DNA from: Vicugna vicugna
Taxonomy: Eukaryota
Direction: 5' to 3'
DNA length: 64,000 nt
NCBI GenBank assembly: GCA_013265495.1
Contig: MU058844.1
Location: forward strand, 1,060,941 to 1,124,940
The position numbers were made by a program, and so were the translations under genes. Of the stretch, positions 1-11,480 are shown one piece after another (positions within the stretch are counted from its first letter, which is position 1; each line of letters opens with the position of its first letter). A model generated the notes under the pieces. That model was not told where the DNA came from, searched no databases, and saw only the letters and a list, made by a program, of their open reading frames with translations.

Positions 1-138
1 TTTTATTCTTGAAATAACATTTTGTATTTATTTTATTACATGAGCATATGCAGCCATTATATTACAAATTATAAATTCACATAAGCAAGAAGAAAATTTC
101 TAAGTCTTACCATCCAGAGAAGACGTCTATAATAACAT

Positions 139-164
139 CACACACACACACACACACACACACA
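139..164. repeat. (CA)13 microsatellite
   Basis: Perfect CA run read directly. Confidence 0.95.
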
Positions 165-249
165 TGCCTTTTTTCCCCATGCAGATATACGTCTCTGTTA
201 TGCATAAATAATCCCATTCAAACCAAAGTGGGATAAAAACTCTATACAT

Positions 250-432
250 GTTTGTTGAAAGCCACACACTGGACCCAAACTGCCCTGATTTAATTCCTGA
301 CTTCGCCACTCAATAGACTCTATGACCTTGGGAAAATTACTGATCTGTTTTATGTGTTGATTTCTTCATCTGTAAAGAGGATGTCCGCCAGTGTTGTGAG
401 GATTAAGTAAGAATTTATATAACGCATAGCAC
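250..432 (+). mobile_element. MIR SINE fragment
   Basis: Core-like tgaccttgggaaaattact...tttcttcatctgtaaa...gttgtgaggattaa resembles the MIR consensus. Confidence 0.75.
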
Positions 433-2425
433 ACTTTATTATAGAAATCCCTGTTTAGGATGTATCTTTTAAGGATCTCATTTTAAGGGCCTTTCACTGG
501 TAAAACGTCAGGACCCAGTGTGGATCTATTCCTGTTACTTCTTCTCTCTGTCACCTTGATTCTCTAGGCCTCTAATTGTTCACATGACCAGTGTTGAAAT
601 TCCTCTGACTTACAGGTGATTTATAGAGAAGTCTAGCTCAGTTGAGCTACTGTAAGTATCTACAGTAAGATTATTTTTCCCAATAGGGTTTAACCAGGTG
701 GAGAGTAAGAACTGTATCTTATATTTCTTCGTATTCCCCATGTGTCTACATACTGTGCTTTGAATATTAAAAATGTTGTGGTTTTTGAAAGAGTACCTGA
801 AAAGACCATAAAGTAACATTCATCAACTGAGAAAAAGTTTACTCAGTGTTCTAAATGGGTTACTTGTGTTTTTTCACTTTAGGAAGAGGCAATGGAATGT
901 GCTGATACAAATTTTTATATAATATTGCTTGAACTGTGTTAGAATTTTTTTGGCTTTGCTTTCAGGTTCTTATAGCATTAAATATCTTTTCTTCAAGTTG
1001 GCATTTGCTTTTTGCTGTTTGTCTGTACAAAGTGTAAGGCAAAAGATGAAAGTAGTGCTCTAAAAAACTGAAATCTCTCCAAAGGTGATTGCAACAAAAA
1101 GTATCTACTGCAACTTTATAATTAAAGCTCTTGATGAAATGCACAGGTTGAATTAATTTTTTTGAGAAGTCCTCCTTTCTGCCTTCTCCCTTTTTAAAAG
1201 ATGAATTCATTTAACTGAAACCAGCCAGAGGAAGGAAACAGTATGCAGGCTTGAAATTTTGTTTGGAAACAATTAAGTTCTGTCTTTCCCAAAATGTAGA
1301 TTGTGCAATTAATAGGGAACTTGGCTAGAGCAAGACTGTTTGCAAAATGTAGTTAGAAGATTGACTGATTTTTAGTTAATATGCTGTTTGTACTTAATAA
1401 CATTTAACTTGAACATGTACTTACATGAAAGTTATTCTTTTAAGATATACTGAAGAAATAGGTGGCATATATTTTGAGAAAATACCTAGTTTTCAGTAAA
1501 AAAGAAACAAACAAACACCCTACACTCAGAAGAGATGAATATCCTCATCGACTTTAAGTAGGAGGAAACTGTGTTAGGATGTATAACAGTTTACTTAAAA
1601 GATTCATTCTGTGTAAAACTTACTTTGAAGAAGCAAAACTCAACTGTAAAACATTTTAATACCATTTTTTTTGCTTTCAAATACATCTAGTCACTGAAAG
1701 TAGCCTAATAAAATTTTGTCTGGTAGAGAACATTAGGGGAATTGCTTTAATAAATAAAAAAGATTTTTAATTAACATTGTCAGTAAAAGAGGTCCTTCTT
1801 AAGTCTTTGAAAACTACTTAAAAACAGCTTCCTCTCTTCAATAGATTGTTTCAGTTACAATCTTCCTCTCACTATTTCTCCTTCACAGGTAGTGAAAGAT
1901 AGTTTGAGTTCTGTCCTTGTTAAGCATCACGCTTCTCCAGCAAGTGGGGCATGAAGAAATGAAATGTTAAACATCTGAAGAACTTTGCTGTGACACGTCA
2001 GTATCTGCTTCCCATGCGTGGTTGTGTCAGCCAGATCAAAGAGAGTAGGTGCTTTATCTCTGGATCTTGCTTCTTGTCCTTGGAGCTCAGGGTTCTGTCT
2101 TGTACTGGCTTCCTCTGAAGATCCTGAGAGCTCTGGAACTCCCAAGGATCTGCTTCACTGGGGCTCTGTCTGTGCTCTGGATCCATTAGATGGAGCCAAC
2201 CTGGAATCTAAGCAGATAGCTACGGGGCTCCCCTAGCACTGGCAGACCCATTCTTGACACCTCCAACAAACAGAAGGGCAAAGGCTACTGTTTTCCTGCC
2301 ACTGATATGATTGGTTTAGGAACCCAGGCAAGTCTGGATGGGGAGAAAGACTTGTCAAGGTCAGTAAGGGGTGTCATGACTGCTTCCCTCTATTCCTTTC
2401 TGTTGAGATTAGTATTTGCTAGGGA

Positions 2426-2444
2426 TGTGTGTGTGTGTGTGTGT
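2426..2444. repeat. (TG)n microsatellite
   Basis: About 9 TG units. Confidence 0.9.
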
Positions 2445-2880
2445 AACTTATACTTCTGTTTAAAAAATAGCATATACATGGCTTATAATCATGAAAATAA
2501 AATAATACATATACAAGGATTACAATAACATAGAAACAATGCATGTCCAGTTCCACTTTACCCCATCCCACCTCCCTCTTCTAATCCTTTACTTCAGAAG
2601 TTAACTACTTACAAATCTGTCAGCTTTGTATTTGGTATCTACTTTCTTATTTCTAAATAACGTCTACAGATATTTCTTGATTTCCCATTTTAGATATTAT
2701 CTATTGACTGCCTACAAATCCTTCAAATGTAGTTATAACACATATACACACGTAAATATTTTTCATAGTTGAGCCACATAGTGTACTGATTAATGTCCTT
2801 CTATAACTTTCTCCCTTTGTTGTTAATATTGTCTCAGTTTTTTTTATTGCTTCCTATTCTTTAAAGAGCCCCTAATAGTT
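2445..2880 (-). mobile_element. Old L1M 3' fragment
   Basis: T-rich decayed sequence with L1 3'UTR-like motifs (ccacctccctctt...cagaagttaactact). Confidence 0.4.
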
Positions 2881-3019
2881 CCTAACACATATTTGGCAAG
2901 TGCTGTATGCCCAGTATTGTTGTAAAAGATTTATAAGTAAGGGGTTAGGGGATAGAAGGTGGGGTATGTCATGCCTTGGTGTGAAAGGACAAGGTCCAGG
3001 TTCCTTGCTATGCCATATA

Positions 3020-3425
3020 AATTCTGACCCCTGAGAATCCCCCAACTTCAACCCTTGTCTTCTCCTTCCCCTTGTTTGGCATTCCAGCCCCTCTGGACTT
3101 GCTTTATATCCCAGAATTTACCAAGCTCCCTCTTCTTCACTGGCCTTTTTACCTGCCGATGGCTGCCTGCATCACACTTCTGCCCCTATTATTTTCCTCT
3201 TATCCATCCTCAGGTGCCAATCTTCCCTGACTCCTAAAAAAATGTTAGTTAAGTTAGTGTGTCCTGCAGTGCCGTCCTGTAGTTCTGTGTTCTTCTCACT
3301 CACCACTCTTCATGCTTATTTTATTACTTGGTTAACATCTGTTTTTCTTTCTGAACCATAAGCTTTGTGAAGGCGTGTCTGGGTGGTCTTGTTCCCTGAA
3401 GGGGCCCCAGTGTTTGGCATCTAAA
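3020..3425 (+). mobile_element. L2 LINE 3' fragment
   Basis: ...ataagctttgtgaaggc...cttgttccctg...cccagtgtttggcat resembles the L2 3' end. Confidence 0.55.
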
Positions 3426-3799
3426 TTTTTGGCTGTTTATAAATTTTAGCTCTGATATGATGGGGCCTCCAAGAAGAATGACAGGGGTGCAAATGCACAT
3501 GAAAACATTGCAATGATTCAGGCTGAGAAAATCCTGTGTAAGGGTAATGAACTGTTTACTCACATGAAGTAATTCTGTTTCTCCTTTATAAATTGCCTAA
3601 CCTTAAACTGGCTGAGACTCATTGTAACTACAAAGTGAGAAGCAACGTGGCTTTAGAGATTGGGCAACCTGGGTGTAAGAATCCAGTTCTTACTCACATT
3701 TTGCAAATGATCCTGGGAGGCCTGGGAAAAGTCAGTTCACATTTTAGAATGTCAGCACAACTGGCCGTGGATTCTCTAACCTTCTATCTACCATAATGC

Positions 3800-4920
3800 A
3801 CTGGAGGGGTATGTTGGGCCAAAAGTGGTGGTTCTCTGAGGAGTAAAAACAGAGAAACCAGTAGGGGCTCTGCCTTCATGGGGTCTCCAGTCTAGTAAAG
3901 AAGACAGGCAATCCACAGCTAAATGCGTATATAAATATGTTCTTGCAGGTTGAAAAAATGGTGTCAAACTGGAGACCAAATGGTGATGGAGAATAAAGAG
4001 GAAGCTCTACATAAGTGGTCAGGGAAGGAGAGCCTGAGAAAGTATTACTGAAGTTAAAAAGGCAGGGACAATTGAGGGAAAGTAAGTTCCAAGTCTCTAG
4101 GACAGGTGGCAGTTAAGGTGGTTATGTCTCAGAGACAGCATGGTTGTGTCCAGGACCCAAAAGGAGTCCATTGTGGCTGGAACAGGGAAAGCAAATGAGG
4201 AGGGGGGCTCAAAGTGAAGTCTGAGAGACAGACAGGAGCCTTACTATTTGGGACTGTGAAGCCAGGGCGACTCCATTTGTGGTCTGCACATGGGCTGCTG
4301 GTCTGCAAACTATTGGCTGTAATAAGAATAAGAGCTTGTGCAGACGTAAATCAACTATGTCACATAGAACGCTTTTTAGTTGCACTTATATACACATACA
4401 ACAAGTCTTTCTCAATGAAAGAAGGAGTAGGCAGCTTTACATTGACATTCTGATGTAAATTCCTTAATTTTTTGCATACTAACACTTTTGAGCTTACAAT
4501 GGACAAACTCTATAAAGAATTTTCAGTGCACTTGAATGTTGAGTGAATGGTGAGGGAGTTGGTGGGAAGGCTATGAACTGAATTCATAGTGATTGAATTC
4601 ACTTTTCAAAATTCACTATTCAAAACAGAATAGAGAGTGGAGTGGGAAGAGGCAGGAGAAGAGATCAGTCAGGATCATCAGTCTAGGGAAGAGACGACAA
4701 TGGCCTGGACCAAGATGGTGGCAATGGAAGTGGAAGATTAATGGACAGATCATGATCTATTTGGAGACAGAATCAATAGGATTTTCTCATGGACTAGGGG
4801 ATGGAGAGTTAAGAGGTCAATTCACACTTGACCACCAGGTTTCTGCTCTGAACAACCTTTTGAATGTTTGTGCCATTGATTGAGATGGTAGTGGTTGAGA
4901 ATGAATGAGTTTAGAACTGG
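3800..4920 (-). mobile_element. L2 LINE fragment, interrupted by a DNA element
   Basis: tgccttcatggggtctccagtctagt, gtggtcagggaagg, ggcctggaccaagatggtggcaatggaag and caggtttctgctctgaacaac are typical antisense L2 motifs. Confidence 0.65.
4262..4545. mobile_element. hAT-Charlie-type non-autonomous DNA element (Charlie4-like)
   Basis: gtggtctgc...aagagcttgtgcagacgtaaatcaactatgtcac...tttctcaatgaaagaagg matches recalled Charlie MITE motifs and interrupts the L2. Confidence 0.45.
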
Positions 4921-5369
4921 GGAGATGATGTGCATGGATATAAACATTAGTAGTTACAATAGTGGATTCTAAAAAAAACCTGGAGCCTATATGATGTTTA
5001 TAAATTAATAAATACTAGCGTAGTCCATATTTTTTTCTCAAAATGCTTTTTTGAGAGCAAGAAAAAGATAAAAAGTTGTGTTTAGTAGATTCTGGGAGGA
5101 GTTAGGTTCACTCATTAGCTGAGGGAATCTTTTCATCATAAGTGATTCAGCTATATGACTAAGCCAAGTCATATAGGTATCATGATCTCAAAGGGTGCTT
5201 CTGAATGGTTGAAATTATAAATGTTATATCCATGAATACCAAGGGTGCATCCAGGATGAGGAGTAAGTTTCATCTTAACTCTCAACTCTGATTAATTTTT
5301 AGTGAATGCTCAGAGAACTCCTTTGGGGGCTACATCTGGATTGAGTGAAAAGACTGCTGTCATTGATTT

Positions 5370-6480
5370 TTCAGTGTATACCTTGGATGCAGGAGAAACT
5401 GTGGCAGCAAGCAGGCCAACTATTTGCTGACTCTCTGCATCTTTCAGGTATAGAAAATGAATTGGATAAATGTCTCAACATGTGTGGCTCTGGATATATC
5501 ATTCCAAAAACTGCAAAATGAAATAAGCACTAAACTTTGAAGGGAACTGTCTATGTGATTAAAACTTGGAATGGATTCCAAGAGCTGGAATACAGTGTTG
5601 TTACTGTTCCTTCCTTTGACCATGATATTGGAACCAAACCTTGCTAATAATAACCAAAATGCCCTCTGGGATGTTAATGCAGTTTTGCTCTGGGATCCAT
5701 TAGGGATAGGAAAACAGCCTGATGAGGACTGGGCAAATTCCACAGATCTGACTGGACTAATTGCCATAGAGTACAATTAAATGGCCACACCTGGTGATAA
5801 GGTGGACCATTCTCAATTTCTCTCATTTTATTCTATGCACAAAGAATGTTTGCTTTCTGTTTACTCATTTCAGTTTAATCTGGCTTTTTCATCCCTTCCA
5901 CTACCTTTGAACCTTTCCCAGAAAGTGGAGGCCTTTTGCTTTCCTACCCAAAAGAAGATTCTGGTGACCATGAGAAGTATTTTGGGTTGCCAAGGAAACT
6001 AAAGACTAGTTTAGATTCATCAGAGAGTGGCAACATTTTAATGGAACATTGGGAAGGGTGCTGTCAACTCCTGCTCAGGTTGTGGAGACAGGAAGGCTGA
6101 TGTATGATATTAGAAATGATTATCCAAGACTCTGCCACGACTTCATAAATAATAATGATAATAATTATTATTATGATGAAGCATCAGGGAAATAATGATT
6201 TGAAGAAGTTGATAGAACAAGTCATATCAGTTTTATGACCAAAAGTCATGAAAAGCTTCACTTTCTAGTGAAGAGAAGACATGGGTGATTTTTATAATTT
6301 AGATACATTTGTCAAGGTGCTGCGGAGTCCACTGCTGGACAAGAGTAAAAATGGGTCACTTTCAAAAGAATTACTTTTAATTTACCCTGAGATGTTGTGG
6401 ATATGAAAATGAATTGAGGTAGCAAGTGAATGCCTGTTTATTTGTTAATATTTGGGTAGACCCATAGAAAGAATTAGAGA
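5370..6480 (+). mobile_element. Possible ancient CR1/L3-type LINE remnants
   Basis: gtggcagcaagcaggccaac and ctagtgaagagaagacatgggtga resemble CR1/L3 3'-ORF2 motifs; very decayed. Confidence 0.3.
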
Positions 6481-7035
6481 TGTTTGAGGTCATCCAGTCT
6501 TGGTTGTTTCAGACATTTCATTCTTTATAATAGCACAACTTAAAAAAAACCCTTTTAATTCAACTTCACCATAAAACAGGTAAAAGCAAAAATGATTGCA
6601 TAAGAGATGGAGTAGAGAGTTGAGAGCATGACCCACTTGGGTTTATGCCTCTCTCCATAAGACACCATTGATTTTTTTCCATAAGACACCACTGTTCTAA
6701 GGACTCAGTTTGAAAACCACTAATCTAAAGCAACTTCCTCATTATATAAACAGGGGATAAGGAGACTTAACCCCAGATCACACAATTAATTACCAGGGAG
6801 CCTAGCTTCATGTACAACGATCTTTACACTACATCATACTCAGAGTGCCAACGATGATCCTCCTGTCTCCTGAGCCCCCCTCTATCCCTTCCTACACCTC
6901 ATGTGAATGGGGTTCTATTCATAATCTTACTTTTTCCATGTTATTCAATAGACTTCATCCCCATCACTGCAATTCTAGTAACAGCTTAAACAAAAACATC
7001 TGACTCCACATACCCACAAGAGCACAGTAGGGAAC

Positions 7036-7140
7036 TTCGGATATGCCTTCCTCAGTGCTGCTCCCAAACGCGCCCTGGGAGCAAGGGTCCCTGCCCGTGA
7101 CCAATGCTGGGTGGGAGGCGGGCCAGGAAGTGGAATCTGT
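7036..7140. promoter_or_regulatory. Candidate promoter/enhancer motif cluster
   Basis: CCAAT (7101-7105), GC-box-like gggaggcggg (7113-7122) and ETS caggaagtg (7124-7132), with several retained CpGs. Confidence 0.4.
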
Positions 7141-8159
7141 CTTGTCATCTTGTATTGTACTTCCCTGCCATGTGACAGAATAGAGTAATGAGAAAATCTC
7201 TGCAGGTCTTGGATTGTTTGAATGCTGCTCTCTTTCTCAAAACTGGCATTATTTCTGGCCTTTGGTAAATAACAAGTTCTCATATCCTATTTTGTGAGAT
7301 TTTTAATCATGTGCAGTTAATAGGCAAACTGTTGCAAAGCATAATAGTATCTATCACCTGCATAAAAGAAGGAGTGTTAATTTTACATGGACTTGTATTT
7401 CTAAGGGTCACCAATTTTTGGAGGTAGACATGATCTTAGATAATTTCTTATCCATTTTTTTTTCCCTCTTACAATAAGGAAGTTGATGCCCAGAGTGGTG
7501 AAGAGCTGTGTCTGAGTCAGCCAGTTCGAGGCATGAACTCAATCCTCCTCTATCAAGAATCACTGCTTATCCCACTCTTTGATTTGAATTGATTGAAAAA
7601 AAGATATGCGTTGTGCATCCTCTAGTGCAAAATGTCTGTGACGGAGAGGGAAATTTTCCTATTTCTTTGTTGGTGAAGCGTAGACAATAAAAAAATGAGG
7701 TCTTTACCTCATTTACAGAAGATTTGCATTCTAAAAGCATTGTTTACCAGCCCTTTTGGTCATTTTTTTTTTTTTTGGTCTGAGAAAGCAATCAATGTTT
7801 CATGCTAGGAGTTTAGACATGATCAGTAGTAGTCTTGGCTGTACTTTTTAGATTAATGGCTGCATCTTTTATCTTGTACATTGAATAAGATACAATTTGA
7901 TCCATTGGTTCAAATACTGTCAAGGCTGTAGGAACTCCTTTGAGATAATTCGCTGAGACCAGACCCAAAGCTACTGATTTCATCACCAAATATGGGCCGC
8001 CATCATGCACATATGGGACAGTAGATTTAGACAAGCCAAGTCATCTCTCATGGATGAGAGATGAAGTGACCTACCTATGACAATGATGAGAGGGAGAAGC
8101 TTGCATTGTATTAGTTTCATCTTTAAAGAGTACATTATTATTATTTTTCCTGTCTTTGA

Positions 8160-8410
8160 AAGCAGTTTGTGAGGGATTAAGCATTTGGGCTCTGGAGCTG
8201 GGCTACCTGGGTCTGAATTCCAGGGCTGCTCTTTACTGGTTGTGTGACCTTTATTGAGTTAGTTAACCTCACTGTGTCCAATTCTTTGGATCTGTACAGT
8301 AGGGCAATAAGAGTAAACACCTCAGAGTGTTCTGAAGATTAAATGTGTAAATACATGCAACTGCAAGTTTGGCATATAATAAGCCTTCATAAATATTATC
8401 TATTATTATT
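8160..8410 (+). mobile_element. MIR SINE
   Basis: gggctctggagctgggctacctgggtctgaattcc...tgtgtgacct...ttaacctcactgtg...aagattaaatg. Confidence 0.8.
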
Positions 8411-8454
8411 CTCATACAGATTAAAGGCGCTGTTTAAACTCAGATACGCATCAA

Positions 8455-8548
8455 ACTTCTAATTGTTTAAAGCTGTGATACGAAAAACGCTTGAAGTAGC
8501 TCCATTTTGGAATAATTTGTTATGCAGCCATAGATAACCAGTATACAC
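8455..8548 (+). mobile_element. MaLR (MLT1) LTR 3' fragment
   Basis: ttgtttaaagc...taatttgttatgcagccatagataaccagtataca is the typical MLT terminus. Confidence 0.55.
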
Positions 8549-9019
8549 ACTAACGTGATTGAAAGTCACCACCAATATGGAGATAGTCTAGATAGAGCAT
8601 GTCTGATGTCTAATTCTTGTTTTTTCACATACTCATTCAATAAGCACTTACTATGTGCGAGGCTTTGTGGACATAAAAGTTAACTTTTAAAAAAGGCGCT
8701 GTCCTTGCCTTCTTGGAAAAAGCAAGCTTGGAAAATTTGTAGCAGATCTATTTATGCAACTTCACTAATTTATTTTAAACTATGACTTATTATAAATGTT
8801 GGGTTTGAATAGTTTATTAATTATATAATTAAATGTTTTGCACTACTGAAAAATAAACAAACAAAAAAACTTCTTCTAGTCGTTTCAGTGGATTCCAACA
8901 GCCACCTCACTTTATATGTTCAGGAAGCTCTAAGACATGGCCCAGCACTGTTAACCTCTTCTGGGCAGACTTTTCTTGTTAATGACAAGACTTGGTATAA
9001 GGTCTAATTTCTGTGACTT

Positions 9020-9430
9020 TATTCATTTGCAGTGCATTCCTGAGTGTGACTCATGTGGCACATTCTGGGCAAGGTGAACTAGGGGTGGAGAGAAAGGAAT
9101 GTGAGGACATAAACCAAATTAAGACAGAGTCTCAGCTCTCATAAGATTTGGCAGTGAGAGGTGGGGTAGGACGAGGATGAAAAGAAACAGGGAAAGGTCT
9201 TGCCTTCAAAGAGTTCACTGAGAGAGAGAGAGGCAGGAGACTGTGCAGAGCGCTCAGGGAGCACAGAAGAGGAAGTGACTAAGACAGCCTGAGGGACCAA
9301 GGAAGGCTTCAGGCAGGAAATGACATACAAACTGGGTCAAAGGATGAATCACTGTCTCATAGAAGACAGAAGGTGAGTTTTAAGAGAGGGGAAGCTGCAT
9401 GTGCAAAGACACGGAGGCAAGACTCACAAA
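9020..9430 (-). mobile_element. L2 fragment
   Basis: ttcatttg...ttcctgagtg...ggaaggcttcaggcaggaaatgacat...gcatgtgcaaagacacggaggc. Confidence 0.65.
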
Positions 9431-9539
9431 AGTAGTCAATATTAGGGCACCACCCCACTTCCAGGATGCGTCATTGCCCAAGCTGCTGAGTTCAGATGGC
9501 AGAGCCTGATGTGAGGCAGTCCCAGCCCACCTTTGCAAG

Positions 9540-9982
9540 CCCATTTCTTGCTTCACAACCACTAGCCACACTGGCTCCTCTTGTCCCTGGATGATCGCTT
9601 CAGAGTTGCTGCACTTACTGTTTCTTTTTTCTGGAACGTTCTTTCCCATTTGTTCACATGGTTGACCCCTTCCTCACTCTTCAGATCTTACCTCCTCAGT
9701 GAGGCCATCCAGCGCCATCTCCCCTGAAGCCAGACCCCTGCCATTCCCTCTCACAGCACATGTCACATGGAATGCATTGTGACCTGTAATTTTTCCCCTG
9801 TTAACATGTTTATTACCTGCCCGCTGCTCTGGAATGTAGCATGAGATGTGGGTGTAAGAACACTGACTTTCTTGTTCCCTCTGTATCCCTAGGGCCCAGT
9901 TCAGTCCTTGACACTGAGCTTGATAGAAATTGTTGAATGAAGAAATGAAAACATCAATGAATAAGTGAATGAATGAATGAGA
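9540..9982 (+). mobile_element. L2 3' end
   Basis: gcacttactgtttctttttctggaacgttctt...tgtatccctagggcccag...ttgttgaatgaa...gaatgaatgaatga terminal repeat. Confidence 0.8.
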
Positions 9983-9994
9983 AGTTTTGAATGA

Positions 9995-10400
9995 GATCAG
10001 ACATTTTCCATTTGTTCCTCTGGATCTAATCTCTACCCTTCTCCATCCAGTTCTGTGTTATAAGAGGTATAAACCTATGTAAACCACATCAGTATCTACC
10101 CTCTGGGTTCGATTCAGCCAATAGGGAGCAGCTAAAGGAGAAAGGGGAGTCGGCTGGGGTGGGGTTGGGATGATGGCTGCATCCCTCCCTGCTGTCTCAG
10201 TAGAAGCCCTTTCCACACATACGCTCTGCAGTTAGGGAAGGTAAGTGCTCCCTCCCTCCATCACTTCAGGGGGAGTGACACCTCCTTCTCTTTTGCAGCG
10301 TTACTATCCCTTGTGGTTTCTCTATATGTTACCTACATTTTTGTAGGTAGTCTCTTAATCTCTCTTTAATTTACCTATGCTAATCTGTTTCCTATCAGGA
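9995..10400 (+). mobile_element. ERVL-type solo LTR (LTR33-like)
   Basis: ttccatttgttcctctggatc...cagccaatagggag...atctgtttcctatcagga resembles recalled LTR33. Confidence 0.5.
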
Positions 10401-10513
10401 TCTGGAGAGATAGGAAAGGGCTGGGACCAAGTTAGGAAAGGCCTTGCATGCATGTAAGGAGCTGGGACCATGTTCATTCGGAAGTGGAGAACTATGAAAG
10501 ACAGATCTTTTTG

Positions 10514-11480
10514 CAGGGGTATGACATAACCCAAAGAGTGGAGTAAATACATGGAGGCAGTGTAGATCATATTCTTTAAACTTTTGATAGTGCACCCCAT
10601 TGGTGAAGGTGGAGCATGTCCTGCTAACTTGTGCATATCTGTTTGTTTGCAAATTGTATACATATATTATTTTTTTAATTGAAATGTAGTTGATTTACAA
10701 TACTGTGTTAGTTTCAGGTATACAGCAAAGTGATTCAGTTATATATACATATTTTTTTCAGATTATTTTCCATTAAATGCTATTATAAGGTATTGAATAT
10801 AGTTCTCTGTGCTATGCAGTAAATCCTTGTTGCTTATTTATTTTATGTATAGTCAGTTATCTGTTAATCCCATACTCCGTATTTATCCCTCCCACCTCTC
10901 CCCTTTGGTAACCAGAAGCCTGTTTTCTATGTCTGGGAGTCTGCTTCTGTTTTGTAGATAGATTCATTTGTTTGTATTAAGTAATTAATTGAAATGTAGT
11001 TGATTTGCAGTGTCGTGTTAGTTTCTGGTGTACAGCATAGTGCTTCAGTTATACGTGTATACTATGTACTCTTTTTCATATTCTTTTTCCCTCTAGGTTA
11101 TTACAATGTATTATTTTTTAGATTCCACATAGAAGTGATTTATTTGTCTTTCTCTCTCTGCCTAACTCACATAGTATGATATTCTCTAGGTCCATCCCTG
11201 TTGCTGCCATCCATTCTTGTACTACGCACTTTTGTATAGTGTAAAATATAAAAGTAGACATTAAAAGGAACAAGATAAAGATAAACTATATTTAAACTAT
11301 TTCAAATTGATTTTCAATTTTTCTGTCACTAAAAACCATGCTATTCATGTTCTGATTGCTTCGTTGTTAAGTGTCTTGCTAAAATTACAGCTAATATTTC
11401 ATTATCCACTCAGAGTGCCATTCATCGTCAAGGATGGTGCATATAAATCCATATTCCAAATTATCTCCTTGGTAACTTCA
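10514..11480. mobile_element. Decayed hAT-type DNA transposon (Arthur1-like) hosting the L1 insertions
   Basis: Starts caggggtatgacataacc and continues after the L1 block with an AT-rich body resembling recalled hAT-Tip100 elements. Confidence 0.3.
10671..11208 (-). mobile_element. L1 3' end (laurasiatherian L1MA-type) with a second L1 3' fragment nested at 10980-11106
   Basis: T-tail then aattgaaatgtagttgatttacaat...ttagattccacat...tctaggtccatcc; the terminal motif occurs twice. Confidence 0.85.

Noticed and set aside
865..945. Acceptor-like ttttttcactttag| at ~882
   Set aside because: No matching donor and no recognisable peptide.
1860..1990. Strong acceptor ttctccttcacag| at ~1888
   Set aside because: Isolated site; the frame I read closes quickly and no donor pairs with it convincingly.
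5444..5780. Overlapping 110-aa and 69-aa ORFs with an acceptor-like site at ~5447
   Set aside because: No recognisable protein, and the region looks like ancient LINE debris.
10144..10169. G-quadruplex-like ggggagtcggctggggtggggttggg
   Set aside because: One loop is long, it lies inside an LTR, and such motifs are common.
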